Counted from the first letter of the stretch, positions 13,273-27,305 are shown. The stretch: DNA of 64,000 bases from Octopus vulgaris (GCA_951406725.2 OX597823.1:55180001-55244000), one strand, 5' to 3'. Made by a program: numbers and translations. The notes: a model not told the origin generated them from the sequence alone.

Positions 13273-13804
13273 GTACAAAGTCTATCCATGGTAGCAGTGA
13301 GATGTTTAATTCCTTTTGGCTCCGGTGGTGTCTATTGTAGTTATAGTGGTGATTGTGGTTGTTTCTGATACCAGGTCGGTTGTGCCGAGTAGACCTATCT
13401 GTATTTCTCGGACTGTCCAATATGCCTTTTCTTGTATGGAGGGTAATGGTGAATATTGTAGTGGAGGTAGTGATGGCGGTGACTATTGATAGTGGTAATA
13501 GTGAAGTGATAAATGTTATCGTAGTCTTTGTTTTTTGGGTTTTTTTTAAACTTCTGTATCAGTCGCTAGCGCGTAGATTCAGCATCAAAGTCGTTCCAGT
13601 TAAGACCATACCTCTTCAGTATATTTTGCATTACAATATCTAATGGGACCTCTCTCTTTTTAAACATAATTTGTGGGAGGTTTGGATGCTATTTGTGCAA
13701 GTCATGCGACCGCGTAGAACATCACTCAGGGACTTGTAATTATGGTAGCAAGAAATGATGCCAGTGGTGATAACAGTTGTAACATCGGTGCTAGTAAAGT
13801 AAAA

Positions 13805-14140
13805 AGACCCCCTTCGGTTATGAATAACCGTGGGATAGCACCTAGAACGTTACCCTCCGAGGCACAAGTCCGGGCAAGTTTGTTTGTGGAAGACCAGCAG
13901 TCGCCCATACATACCATTTTCCTCTCTCCATGCCACTGATGTTATCCTAAAGGAAAGGCAAAGGTAAATACAGCTTGGCACCCGTGACGTCGCAACTCAG
14001 TTCTACAGCTGAGTGAATTGGAGCAACATGAAATAAGGTGTCTTGCTCAAGAACACACCACACAGCCCAGTCCAGGAATCGAAACTCACTACCTCATGAG
14101 GGTGAGCCCGACACTCTAGCCACTAAGCTATATGCTTTCC
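13805..14140 (-). mobile_element. tRNA-derived SINE with probable RTE-derived 3' part (family S3)
   Basis: Minus strand: B-box GAGTTTCGATTCC, central GTGTTCTTGAGCAAGACACC, then a GC-rich tail resembling RTE UTRs. Confidence 0.65.
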
Positions 14141-14393
14141 CGTCAGTGGTATTAGCGGTTTTTGCATAAGCTATCTGCTGTGGTTTAACCTTAGGTGAGA
14201 GTTTATTGGGCAATCACATGACTTTTAGGTTACTACGGTATGTAGCCATAGTGGGATATAAATAGGTCTACTCGATCATAGATGGTCTGACGCTAAAAAA
14301 CAACCGCAAACACCACACTCTATAGCTGAACGCCGTGGAAAGCTAAACGCCATATCCGTGTCTAAGTGGTTGTTCATCTTTAGAATATATGTG

Positions 14394-14768
14394 TAATATA
14401 TAAAAGTCAAGTTGTGTGTCTGTCTCCTACGATTTAGATTCCTAACTACTCCCACATTTTGCGGTGCAGTGTAACCAAAAGCGGGTATCTTATAGTCGTG
14501 ATTCATATCGAGCTTTTCTGGGTATTAGCGCGCGTTTACGATTTAAAAAATAATTTTCCATCATTTTTTTCCATTTTAATGCATTTTTTTCGCTATTATA
14601 TAAGGGAAGTAATTCTCTAATTCTATTATATAAGGGAAGTAATTCTCTAAAAATGTCTACGATGCATTTTTTAATGCATTTTTTGCTATTTTTTGGCTAT
14701 AACTCTCTAAAAATGCTTATATAGTTATTTCCCTTACAAACCCGAGCAACGCCGGGCGATACTGCTAG
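14394..14768 (+). mobile_element. Non-autonomous Helitron, second copy
   Basis: Same 5' ~190 bp and 3' hairpin plus CTAG|T as 1871-2386; the 5' TC is decayed; 30-bp-period internal tandem duplication at ~14593-14650. Confidence 0.85.
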
Positions 14769-15269
14769 TATGTAGTAATATAGATGTTTTGTAGATGCAG
14801 GTCATTGTATAATCTGTTATGATAAGTAGTCGACAATACGTTACATTTACACTCCCATATACAGTGATGAATAGTATAGAGTGTGGTGTGGCAGTTTGTA
14901 CGTATTGTGTTCACTGCACTGCTCATTCTATTTCTGTGTGTCCGTTGATACCAGTGGTGGATACCAGAAAAGGTAACCAAGGTAAGCTAAGTCAGAAGGA
15001 ATTGCTGACTCCTATCTACTTTTTGTTGGTGATATGCATCTCAGTACATGGTATGGGGCTAGCAAAGCTATGAATGTTGCAGCTATTTTAGTGTGTTTGT
15101 GTTCTTTGTGATTGTTGAGTACAGGAATCTATCCATCAAAATAATTTACATACGATCAAGAAAACTGCCTTGAAATGTTTAATCCAAAATGTTGAAAATG
15201 TAATGAAATGAAGGTGATTGAAATAATTCCACGCTGAAGAAGGCCACAGTTACAATAACCGTCTACGGA

Positions 15270-15470
15270 AAGATTGATTTCGGAATATACAGTTCCATAC
15301 CTGAACTTAAAGTCTTAGAAAAATTTGAAGCAGAACTCGTTGACATTATAAATACAGTAAAATCTAAAGATTATAGAAGTACCTGCTACAACTAGATGCA
15401 TGCAAACATCAAATCAGTTCCAATATCCGTTAAAACTTTTATATTGATCAACAAAATAATAAAACCCTTT
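15270..15470 (+). pseudogene. Decayed Penelope-like RT N-terminal fragment
   Basis: LKVLEKFEAELVDIINTVKSKDYRS resembles the 'EL..FE.DL..LI..IKF' segment upstream of PLE RT. Confidence 0.45.
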
Positions 15471-15711
15471 GTGTTTTGTTGTTTTCGGTTAAGTTTTATC
15501 CTCTGTATGCAACAGACGACGACACCAAAAAACATCAAACAAAAACAACAAACGCCAAAATATACGCAATAATATGGAACCAGCTGCTGGTATGCAAATA
15601 GATGACGTAACAGAATGTGTAGAAACTCGACAACTAATAAATAATAGTTACAAATTTTGATACAAGACCAACAATTTCGCCTGCATCTATTAACAATAAT
15701 AATAATTTACT

Positions 15712-16258
15712 ACTCTTGGTACAAGGCCCTAAATTTTGGGGGAGTGGTACGCAACTGGTACTTAATTTATCGACCTCGAAAGTATGAAAGGCAAAGTCGA
15801 CTTCGGCGGAATTTGAACTCAGAACGTAAAGACAGGCGAAATGCCCATTTCTTTACGATCCACAAGGGGCTAAATACAGGGAACTAACAAGGAAAACAAA
15901 CGGATTAAGTCGATTATATCGACCCCAGTGCGTAACTGGTACTTATTTAATCGACCTCGAAAGGATGAAAGGCAAAGTCGACCTCAGCGGAATTTGAATT
16001 CAGAACGTAGCGGCAGACGAAATACCTTTTTCTTTACTACCCACAAGGGGCTAAACACAGAGAGGACAAAAATGGACTGACAAACGGATTAAGTCGATTA
16101 TATCGACCCCAGTGCGTAACTGGTACATATTTAATCGACCCCGAAAGGATGAAAGGCAAAGTCGACCCCGGCAGAATTTGAACTCAGAACATAGAGGCAG
16201 ACGAAACACAGCTAAGCATTTCGCCCGGCGTGCTAACACTTCTGCCAGCTCGCCGCCT
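15712..16258 (-). mobile_element. tRNA-derived SINE family S1, trimeric tandem form
   Basis: Head GGCGGCGAGCTGGCAGAA, B-box GAGTTCAAATTC and central GCCTTTCATCCTTTCGGGGTCGAT..GTACCAG; body repeated three times. Confidence 0.85.
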
Positions 16259-16274
16259 TTATAATAATGATAAT

Positions 16275-16470
16275 CTTTTCAACTAAAGGCACAAAGGATG
16301 AAATTTCGGGGAAGGGATTCAGTCGATTATATCGACACCTGTGTTCAACTGGTACTTTCTTGTTATCGACCCCAAAAGAATGAAAAGCGAAGTTGACCTC
16401 GGTGGAATGTGTACTCAAAAGGTAAAGATGGACATAATACCGCTAAGCATTTTCCCCGGTTTACTAACGA
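16275..16470 (-). mobile_element. SINE S1, diverged copy
   Basis: Same body motifs. Confidence 0.7.
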
Positions 16471-16692
16471 TTATGCCAACACGCTTCCTTAGCTCGACAG
16501 CAAGTAAAAACACTGAAACAAGCTTATAGAGATGGCTTCTAAAGGAACAAGTTCACCAAGTAGCAACAGTATTCCCAGGTGATCTATTTCGTTAAACCTT
16601 GACGGCAACACAGGAATTAATTTTCAATAAACTATATATTATTTAACAAGCATTCAGTGCAAAGCTTTCGCGCATTTTCATCTCTTTTGCTA

Positions 16693-17112
16693 TTTTACTC
16701 TCTTTTACTTGTTTCAGTCATTTGACTGCGGCCATACTGGAGCACCGCCTTTAGTCGAACAAATCGAGCGCAGCACTTATTGTTTGTAAGCCTAGTACTT
16801 ATTCTATCCGTCTCTTTTGCCGAACTGCTAAGTTAAGGGGACGTAAACACGACTGTCAAGCGATGGAGGGGAGACAAATAGACACACAGAGACACATATA
16901 CGACGTTTTTTTCTCAGTTTCCGTCTACCAATTTCACTCACAAGGCCTTGGTCTGCCCGAGTCTATAGTAGAAGACACTTTCCCAAGGTGTCACGCAGTG
17001 GGACTGAACCCGGAACCATGTTGCTGGGAGCAAGCTACTTACCACACAGCCACTCCTTCGCTTGGCCACTCCTGGACCTGACCACTCCCGGACCTGGCCC
17101 CTCCTGCACCTG
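16693..17112 (-). mobile_element. SINE S2; head followed by ~15-bp tandem duplications
   Basis: Full S2 tail, body and head; GCCACTCC-containing unit repeated at 17050-17112. Confidence 0.8.
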
Positions 17113-17150
17113 TGTTTCATATTCTTTTATTCTTTCACGTGTTTCAGTCA

Positions 17151-18833
17151 TTTCAACTTAGCTAAAAGGGTATGCACCATTGTCTCGGATCCAAAAACAC
17201 GAGAAATACGCTTTCAAAACCTCAAAAAAACACTATTACAACGCCAATATCCCTCCACCCTTATAGAGTATGGAATAAAACGCGCCAAATAACTAGACAA
17301 CATTACACTGAAAACCACCCAACCTAACACCACACACAACCCCAAAATACTTCCATAGATTTCCACCCACAACCCCAAAAATATCGAAGCATACACCACA
17401 ATCATACAAAACCTCAGTCTACTGTCAACAGACCCAAAAATGAAAAACATTATAAATACACACAAAATCCTCAAATGTAAAAGGCAACACAAATCTTTAA
17501 AAAAACTCTTGACAAATGCCAAACTTCACACACCACATCCACCCCCAGCAGTTAAAAAATGTGCACGCCCAAACTGTGGCACCTGCCCCTTCCTACTTGA
17601 AGGCTCTGAATTTATCTTCAAACAAGGAACGAAGTTTAAAATCAAGACTAACTTCTCCTGTTCCTCCGAGAACCTTATCTACGTTCTCACATGTGCTGGT
17701 TGCCAACATAATTATGTTGGACAAACGAGTCTCCCCTTACGTAAACGAGTAACGGTGCATAAAGAACAAATAAATCTCCCGGAATACCGACAAATCCCAC
17801 TGAGTGACCACAGACTCATGCGCTAAAGACAAAAATCCCAAATTCTACATATTCCCCTTCTACCAATGTAAAGACGGGATCACCACACAGGAGAGAATTA
17901 ACAAGGAGAATTTCTTTATTGAAAAATTCAAAACGCAACTTAATATGCAAACTCCCCGTTGATCATACTTCCTTTTTCTACCTCATTCTTCATGGATGGA
18001 CTAACACAAATATATAAGGATACCATGCATTCATCACTTCAAACTAAAACTTATATTCTTTAAATATCATTATTATTATTGTTGTTATTATTACTATCAT
18101 TTTTATTATATATGACATAACAATCTGAAATGTAATTATAAATTGGTTTATGCAAATTTATATAATTAGAAAATAATATAAGTAAAGTGTTGAAATCTGA
18201 ATGTTAAGTTAGCAAACAATTATATAAAAAAGATAATGCAAATGAAGCTAAAATGATAATTTTATAATTTAAGGTTTATTAACACCCTTTATTACAAAAA
18301 AGTTTATAAACACAAATTGAAGAGCTTAAAACCCATAGAGTTGTCTCCCCTTATTCACAACACAGGAACTGAAGAACTACTACTACTACTTCCTGTTTTG
18401 CCAACACCCTTAATTAAACTAAACAACACATGGTTTTAATCCCATTGGATCCTAATACTTCAAGGTAATTTTTTCGTGAACAATCATTAAACTCAAGATA
18501 CACAAAGACTTTACAATGTATCGGAGTACTTATTTTTTAATTTTTGTATATATTTATTATTATTTTTTTGCAAAAAACAATGTAATTTTCTTTTTTCCCC
18601 CTCCTCACATTTAAAAACATTTTTTTCCCTTACAATTCTTGAAAAGTCACATTATGACGAAAACCGGTTTGAATTAATATATATTTATATATTTTATCAA
18701 TTTTTCAAAAACTGGTTCCATACACCCATCTTCATTAAAATTTTCTTTCAATTTAGCATTCTGCCTTTTTACAATTTTTCCTTGCTTATCATTTCTCCAC
18801 GTGCGGTCAACACAACCCCACCATTTATTGATC
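17151..18833 (+). mobile_element. Penelope-like retroelement (Neptune-type): RT thumb, GIY-YIG endonuclease and 3' region; inactivated
   Basis: FNLAKRVCTIVSD..L..RQYP, linker CARPNCGTC, SCSSENLIYVLTCAGCQHNYVGQT..LRKR..H, then FPFYQC..E.FFIEKFK..LN after a frameshift; several stops; ends against (TA)n. Confidence 0.9.
18634..18675 (+). ncRNA. Minimal type I hammerhead with U3-A8 covariant core
   Basis: AAUUC-UUGAAAA-GUCA(CAUUA)UGAC-GAA-AACCGGUU-U-GAAUU; ~670 nt downstream of the GIY-YIG ORF on the same strand. Confidence 0.7.
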
Positions 18834-19084
18834 TATATATATATATATATATATATATTATGGAATGTTCCATCATTAAACGACGGGTAAGGATTCTGCA
18901 ATTTCTTGGCGAAACCACACTGAGGATTTGTATATAGTGATCCAATGTTTGTGTTGGCACATAAGCTGATTCATTCCAACAAATCAATATTGCCTGTGCA
19001 GAAGCACAGCATGCTACACGTCAGGTGTCGAAATGATCGCAGAGTAACATATCAAGAAATGCAATATGTAATCGAAAACTCATG

Positions 19085-19450
19085 CAAACTGCAGAGGACC
19101 AATTCATTTACCCAAAGACGTAGTTTATAAAGCAACAGTCTCGAAAGTGAGACTGATCGAAGCAAAAACACATATGTGCGACCATTGAAAATTCAAATCT
19201 GAATACATACTCATTCTGGAACATCAGCTGAATGAACGCAACGTTCCTATGCGTCCTCAGATGCAATCGAAAATAACGAACACGAGCATAAAATAGAAAC
19301 TAATAGACTGTGCAACGCCTATATGAATGGTACCAGTATATGCCTTCTGTGTATCGCAGAACAATGCCACATACACAATAAAAACAACTTACTAAACAGT
19401 GAAATGAGACATTACGATGGAGATACCAGATGAAATTCATCATCCAAAAG
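19085..19450 (+). pseudogene. Decayed Penelope-like GIY-YIG fragment (different lineage)
   Basis: VVYKATV..KNTYV ... YMNGTSICLLCIAEQ..NNLLN, across frameshifts. Confidence 0.65.
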
Positions 19451-21555
19451 TTGTCCTACACACATACGCACACGCACACGCACACACGCATACACACATA
19501 CACACAGGTATAGAGAGAGTGAGAGAGAGAGAAATAGATAGATATGTTACGAGCATTGGAAATACAGGGATGTCGACATCAACAGAATCGTAGGAACGTC
19601 AGCTCTCCCTCAGAAATCACTCGAGCATTTGTAAAATGAAAAAACAATTACACAAATCGAAGCATAAGTGGCTAATTCAGTCCACGAACGGAAAATGACA
19701 CACCTACACGCACACACACACACAGACTCTCTCTCTCTCTCAATCACTCGCACACGCGCACACACTCTCTCCTTTCTCTCGCATGCATACACAGACACGC
19801 AGACACACACACATACACACACACGCACACACACACACACACACACGAACACACTTAAACATAGGAATACACATACAGAAAAGTCATTTTCCATCCACCA
19901 AAACCACTAGACCATAAAAACAAACACAGGATGTATGAATGAAAACACCGTTAAAAAAACCAATTTAACTATAAAAACAAAACAGGCATATGACTAATGA
20001 TTCGTAAAAGATCCTTTCTGTAGAAACCAGTATTAAAAAAATACAAAAAGTACAAAACACAGAAACGTGCTGAATAAAACAAGAATCAGTTTCATAAAAG
20101 AAAAAAAAAGAGGGAATTTGACAAATAGAAAATACCACCCACGATTCAAACAGGAAGATAATTTCAAAGATAACAAGTAGGTTTTAAACAATTAAGTTTA
20201 TAAAATCATTAACAAATGCGTAAGAATAAAATATAAGCAACTAAAAATAACAAAATATAGGCAACCAATAGAATGTCGAAGAAGCAGCTGAAAAATAATG
20301 CCCTTAATTGAACAGAATAACAAAATATAAACTAGAAATGAACCAATTAAATATGCAACTGATATTGATAACGCCCAAATATAAAACAACGTAAAAACAC
20401 TACCACACCATAGACCAAGCAACAAAATCAAGAAGTAGAAAAAGAACAAGCCTATAGCGATGAATATAAAACAGGCATAGGTAACCTTTTTCGAGAAGCA
20501 GCCTCCATAAGAATTAGCTCATTATCGGGCGGGCTGCACTACTAAAAATATTCAGGTTAATTTTTCGTTGGGTATGGCCATTCAGGAATTCCAGTAGGGT
20601 GCATTTTCCCCATGGTATAAAACAACAAATATACCGAGGAATAGTAGCAGTACTCGGTGCGGATCTAGATTTTTCATTACCAAGATACGCATTTTTTAAA
20701 AGACAGTAAAAATCTGAAAATTGGCTATAATAATAAAGTTTTCCAGTCCAATTGCTATGAAGGTATGATGTTGTGAAGAGAAAAATTAGAGGAAAAACTG
20801 TATAAACATCACAAACATCTCTTGCTATATATGAAAAATATATAGAATATGAAAACAATTGACGAAAAATATCTATAACAAAATTCTAATTGATAAATAT
20901 AAATTTTTATTAAAACAAAATACGCGGGTGAAGTAAATCTTGTGTGGTTGTCATGGTAACAAGCTGTTAATGCTTTGCTATCTGTTGATTGGCTAAAATT
21001 ACCCAAATTTCCCAACTTTTATTCCAAATAACATCGGATTCTATTGAGATAAAGTAATTGGTTGAGAGTAATCAAAATTCAGAGTTGTATCGATACACCA
21101 AAATTTAAAGCAATCTGAACAAAATTAAAGGGGAGTCATTTTGCGAATGAAAAAGACTAGATCTCTCGGTACGAGTTGCAAGCTAGGAATTAACTTTAAA
21201 TATAATGTATGGTCTACAATATGTTCTCTCTTATACATCGACGAGAAGTATCATTTGAATAGGTGTGTATAAGAGTGGGGATGTTTCTGTACATACATAC
21301 AATCTTGTTTGCACGTATAAACACGCTCTGTTTCATATTACTACACACAAATATAGACTTCTTTCTTTGTTGATTCTGGTATGATTCCTGCTAAAGAAGA
21401 CAATTACTAAGATTCTGTTCTATGGACTATATAGAAACACAAACTGGCGAAATATAACCACGATCCTATATGAATATATATAAAAGACAATTACAATGAA
21501 TTCGGAGTACATCTACATACATTTTTTCTATACTCATTTATAATAATAATAATAA

Positions 21556-21657
<102 letters not shown>

Positions 21658-21746
21658 AATTATTGCATACAGTGCTCAGGTGCACTACAACTTGTATGTG
21701 TATATATTTACGCATATATATACACACACATATATATGTATGTATG

Positions 21747-21794
<48 letters not shown>

Positions 21795-21912
21795 TATATA
21801 CATATATACATATATACATATATATGTATATATATATATATACATGCAGGCATACATACATACATACATACATACATACATACATACATACATACATACA
21901 TACATACTCACA

Positions 21913-22371
21913 TGACGGGACGGATGAAAAGTTCCTAGCTTTAGATAAAAGAAAATACAGGAGGATTTGGTTTAAATAGGACACAATTATACAGTATATT
22001 TGGTTTTAATGTGATCGACGGATGTTCCAGCAGCAAAATTGTCTTGGATTTACACACCCGAAAATATTTATAATCCAGAGAAGCAAATCCAGGATTTACT
22101 CATCGGATGACTTACTGTGGTATTGCTCACCTTCAATAATCCTAGTGCGGCTTACAAATCGATTCTATTTGCCTGAACTCGGATTATAACTGACTGCTCG
22201 TACGGTACTCTTCATCTACTCATTTTTTTTTTACGAGGCTTAGAAAAACTGAAAGACCGCTGCATTAAGTGTGTGAATCTGAGAGGGGAATATGTTGGAT
22301 AAAATCATAATTAACTGATCCTCCTGTATTTTCTTTTATCTACAGTCAGGAACTTTTCAGCCGTCCCCTCG
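21913..22371 (+). mobile_element. Mariner relic with inverted ends
   Basis: 22237-22302 encodes GLEKLKDRCIKCVNLRGEYVG* (mariner C-terminus); ends resemble CGAGGGG..TGAAAAGTT in inverted orientation. Confidence 0.75.
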
Positions 22372-22539
22372 TGTGAGTATGTATGTATGTATGTATGTAT
22401 GTATGTATGTATGTATGTATGTATGTATGTATGTATGTATGTATGTATGTATGTATGCGCGTAAATATATATACATACATACATGGGTGTGCGTGCGTGT
22501 ACATACAAACAGATGCTCTCTCAATGGATGTGAATATCT

Positions 22540-22855
22540 TTCCAAAAATTGGGGAAAAGAAGGACATCTACATAGCTCTTATATTCAAGCAATAGACTTT
22601 CATTTGCTTTTATTATGATAGGTGCACAGGGTTACGTAACACCGAGAAGCACCTCATATTCAGACTATAGACTCACATTTGCTCGTATCGTCATAGGTGC
22701 AGAGGTCTACGTAATACTAGATGGACAAACAAATCTAGAAATGTTTGTATTCTTCAAAAACGGACAGAATAGACTGATTCGCATTCTCCAAATACAAAAG
22801 ACCAGAGGAACAGTAAACATTTGCAAAACACTTGGGATTCTCCACTTGAGATTTC
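22540..22855 (+). pseudogene. 3' fragment of an RLE-type (R2 group) LINE
   Basis: DYRLTF..IVIGA..YV..NLE..NRLIRILQIQKTRGTVNICKT; paralogous to 23200-23705. Confidence 0.6.
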
Positions 22856-23199
22856 TGGGTGAACATTTGCATACATTTACAGATACAGATTGAATACATT
22901 AGAACGTATACGTATAAACAGTAATTAAATATACACAACTGTGTTCTGTCGTGAGGCGTACACCCACGAGTGCAAGTTTATCCAGACTCACGCATACACA
23001 CAATATATACAGTATACGCATACATCAAACAATACGGGTAACCCTAACTCCGTGAACTGTCTTGATTAAACAAAAGAGCATTGCCACTTTGTTTAGCGGT
23101 AGGCTTGATTTCTGCAAAGCAAAAGACTTGAATTAAATCTCAGAAAAATACATACATAGACATACATACATACAAACATACTTGTATGATGCATACGTA

Positions 23200-23705
23200 C
23201 TTACATGCATGCATATATGCATACATGTTGCTAAAACAATACACAATACCATCCGAAAAAAATAAATGACCGTCCTGGGATAAATATAGAGACATCTACT
23301 TCTATTTTATTGAATACATACACAAACATCAACACAGGGAATAGTGAAGGCTTATTCCCATCAAAAATCCTATGAAATATAAACATAACAGACCAGAGAC
23401 CAGATATTGTTTAGGACATACAGGAGAAAATGTGAACAGTCAAAGAGGTTTGCTGTCGTGCTGATGTAAATATCGCTTCGAAAATCAGAGAAAAAGTGGA
23501 TAACACAGGGAATTGCTTCGAAATCCCCCAGCGCTTATGCACAGATTATAGATTCACATTTATATCATTAATGATAAGGTGCCTAAATGAGAATCTAAAT
23601 AAGATAGGGTATTCAGAAAAGGAAACCAACCAGCTAATTCGCATATTACAAATGCAATCTATAAACGGAATAGTAAAAATATGGAAGACTTTTCTCTTAA
23701 ATGTG
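23200..23705 (+). pseudogene. 3' fragment of an RLE-type (R2 group) LINE
   Basis: KHNRP..DIV..EVCCRADVNIASKIREKVDN (PD..D/E..K-like), then DYRFTF..NLNKIGYSEKETNQLIRILQ..KTFL. Confidence 0.65.
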
Positions 23706-24469
23706 AATTTGTTTTTGTTATCTAAAGATGGAGCCGTGTATCTTTGTTAGAAACCAGCTCCTTCCTTATAGAAGGACTTCAAATAATTAGCAATGGAAGA
23801 GGTCATACATTTATATACTTATATACATACGAACACCTATATAACTAGACGAGTCATTGACCTCATCATCATTAAAAGCACACACACACACACACTCATA
23901 CCCCCCCACACACACACACACAAAGAAACATATCATTACACATATATGCCACTTTGCAGATACACATAAGTCGCTGCACAGACACATCCGTACATAAGAG
24001 CTACTTCCTACTCCTCTCACATGAAATCTCTCGTTTCTCATCTATTCCGACATACATATTCACAAAAACCACACGAGCACGTGCACGCGCATACACACGC
24101 ACACACATAGTAAACAAATACTCACACATGCTCACACATGTATACGCAGACCTTTAAACAAATCAAATATCTTGAATAATTAAGTCCTATTAAACAGAAA
24201 CAATGGAGCATTGAATAGTTTACTCTCATCTATGCGTTATCGATTACTTCGTTCTAACAGGGAATGTTTTCCAAAAACACACATTCATTCTGACCTAGTT
24301 GACTGGAACAGTTGACACCTTTCACGATGTTTTTATCTTTTTATTTTTATTTTTCAGAGAATTAATCTGTATTGTTGCTGTTGTTGTTGATTCAATACGA
24401 AAGAAACTAACTACAGTCGAAAGAACCCTGGAAAGAAAATTTAACAGACATTATTATTCGGAACGTAGC

Positions 24470-24990
24470 AAAGATAGCGAGCTGGGGGAATAGATACCGC
24501 GCTGGACTAAATGCTTAGCGGCATATCGTCCCGTCTTTACGATCACAGCTCTAGTACCTTCGAGGTCGACGTTACTGTTCATCCTTTCGAGATCGATTAA
24601 AATAAATCAGTTGAGATCGATAAATAAATCAGTCAGTTGAGCACTATGTTCAATGTAATCGACTTATTCTCTCTCCATCAAATTTCAGACCTAATGCTTT
24701 TTGCAGAAACAACTGTTAGGAATGTTGCCACGAGAAAACGGAATGATCAAGTCTTGATTTCTGTAATAATAATAATAATAATAATGATATAGTGAAGGCG
24801 GCGAGATGGCAAACTCGATAGGACGCCAGGAAAATGCTGCTCGGCAATCCTTCCGTCTTTACGTTCTGAGTTCAAATTCATCCTTTCGGGGTCGATAAAT
24901 TAAGTACCAGTTGCGTACTGGAATGGATCTAATCGACTGGCCCACTCCTCCCAAATTTCGGGTCTTGTGCCTAGAGTAGAAAAGAATATT
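24470..24990 (+). mobile_element. Two SINE S1 copies (24470-24710 degenerate; 24795-24990)
   Basis: S1 head, B-box, central domain and tail A. Confidence 0.75.
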
Positions 24991-25354
24991 TTATTTGTTT
25001 ACAGTTGACAGCACGTGCTGTCACGCACAAAATGACAGCTGCCAAATTCTGTTTTCAGATTGGGTAAAAATGATCAAACATTAAACCTCTGTAGCATTTT
25101 AAAAAAATCTGAAGAAATTGAGAAGTGCTAGCCATACTTAAGCGTTGTGAACTTTTGAGTGGAAATATATGATTTCCGCAGTAAATGGGTCAGTAAATTC
25201 ATACACCACGTCACAAAATCTGAAGAATTTAAGACCATAAAAACATAATAATTTTCTTCTGTCGATGATGAGACAAAATTGTATTTCATGGCAGGTTTCG
25301 ATCTATTTTAAATGAATTGTAAATGACAATAACTTAAAGACGCATTGTCCCAAT

Positions 25355-25790
25355 CTTTTATCTTTGTATCTTTTACTTTTTTCAGTCATTAGACTACATC
25401 CATAGCCGAACGAATCAACTTCACTATTTATTATTATTGTTTTTAAAGACTAGTACTCTTTTTCTGTCTTTCCGGACCCTTTTTCTGAACCGCTAAATTA
25501 CGGGGACGTAAACACACCAACACCGGTTGTCAAGCAATGGTGTGGGACAATCACAGACACAAAGTCTGTCTGTCTGTCTGTCTGTCTCTCTGTCTCTCTC
25601 TGTCTCTCTCTCTCTCTCTCCACACATACACATATATGTATACGGCAGGTTCCTTTTAGTTTCCGTCTACCAAATCCAATCGCAAGGCTTTAGTCGAACC
25701 GAAGCTATAGCAGTAGACACTTGTCCAAAGTGTAACGCAGTGGGACTGAACCTGGAACCATATCGTTGGGAAGCAGACTTCTTATCAAAC
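25355..25790 (-). mobile_element. SINE S2
   Basis: S2 tail, body and head with internal microsatellite. Confidence 0.75.
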
Positions 25791-25913
25791 GAAATCTGAT
25801 GCCAAGATCTTTATAAAATGCGACCTGCTTTGTACCTGCCCCAAGCATATGAGTTTTTAGTAAGATTACCTAGTTATACCTAACGTTTTGCTGTTAGACA
25901 TTTTCATTGCCGT

Positions 25914-25945
25914 CTGACGATGAGCTTTGCTCTCGAAATGCTAAA
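25914..25945 (+). ncRNA. Decayed hammerhead-like motif (H2-related)
   Basis: CUGACGA-U-GAGC(UUU)GCUC-UC-GAAA-UG; stems I and III are degenerate. Confidence 0.4.
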
Positions 25946-26643
25946 TATTCTCATCTTCATGGCAACTGCAACATTACTGATTCTCTTCTATCACTGTATT
26001 GATTCATTCACTGAAGCATCGACCACTTAGTCACTTAAAATTCTATTGATTATATTCCATTTCTAAGCTGTTACGTGTATATTTGTTCTGTGTATTTGTA
26101 TGTGTTGTGAGTCTGTACTGTAGGAGTGTGTGTGTGTGTGTATTATACGTGTATTGTGTGTGTTTGTGTGTGTGAGGTATAGTAATTTTGAGTGCAAGTT
26201 GTGTATGTTATTTCATATTGTAGGTACGGTTGTGTGGTTAAGAGATTCGGCTTGTAACTAGCGTTTCGGTTTCAATTCCTCTGTGGGGCACCCAAGGTAA
26301 GTGTCTTGCATCATAGTCAAAGGGCGACCAAAATCTTGTTAAGTGAGATTTTGTAGAGAGAAAACTGGATGGATCAACGTCAGTGAAGTTGTTCGTGTTG
26401 AATTAGTAGACTTAATCTATGATGTGGTCCAACACTCTGGCGGCAACCACAAGTGACTTTGGCGGGGTTCGAGAATAATATCCTAGCTATCTTTCAGCAT
26501 TTTCTGCGACATACAGAAGTGTTTGGACACGGCCCTTCCTCCTTTTGTCATGTTTCTAATAGATAATTTATGTAAAATTGTGCATCTGCATTGTGTATGT
26601 TCGAGTACGAAATATTTATATATATATATATGTGTGTGTGTGT

Positions 26644-26684
<41 letters not shown>

Positions 26685-26784
26685 AGATACAGAGCATCTA
26701 AAAGAAATTTTGCGTGCAGAAGCAAGATTGCTGTTGCCACAACCCGACAGGACAAAGGGACATCTTGTAACTCCAAGAAGTAGT

Positions 26785-27305
<521 letters not shown>

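Noticed and set aside
15712-16258. Regularly spaced repeats resembling a CRISPR array
   Set aside because: The spacers are themselves repeated, the units are SINE bodies, the context is eukaryotic and there are no cas genes.
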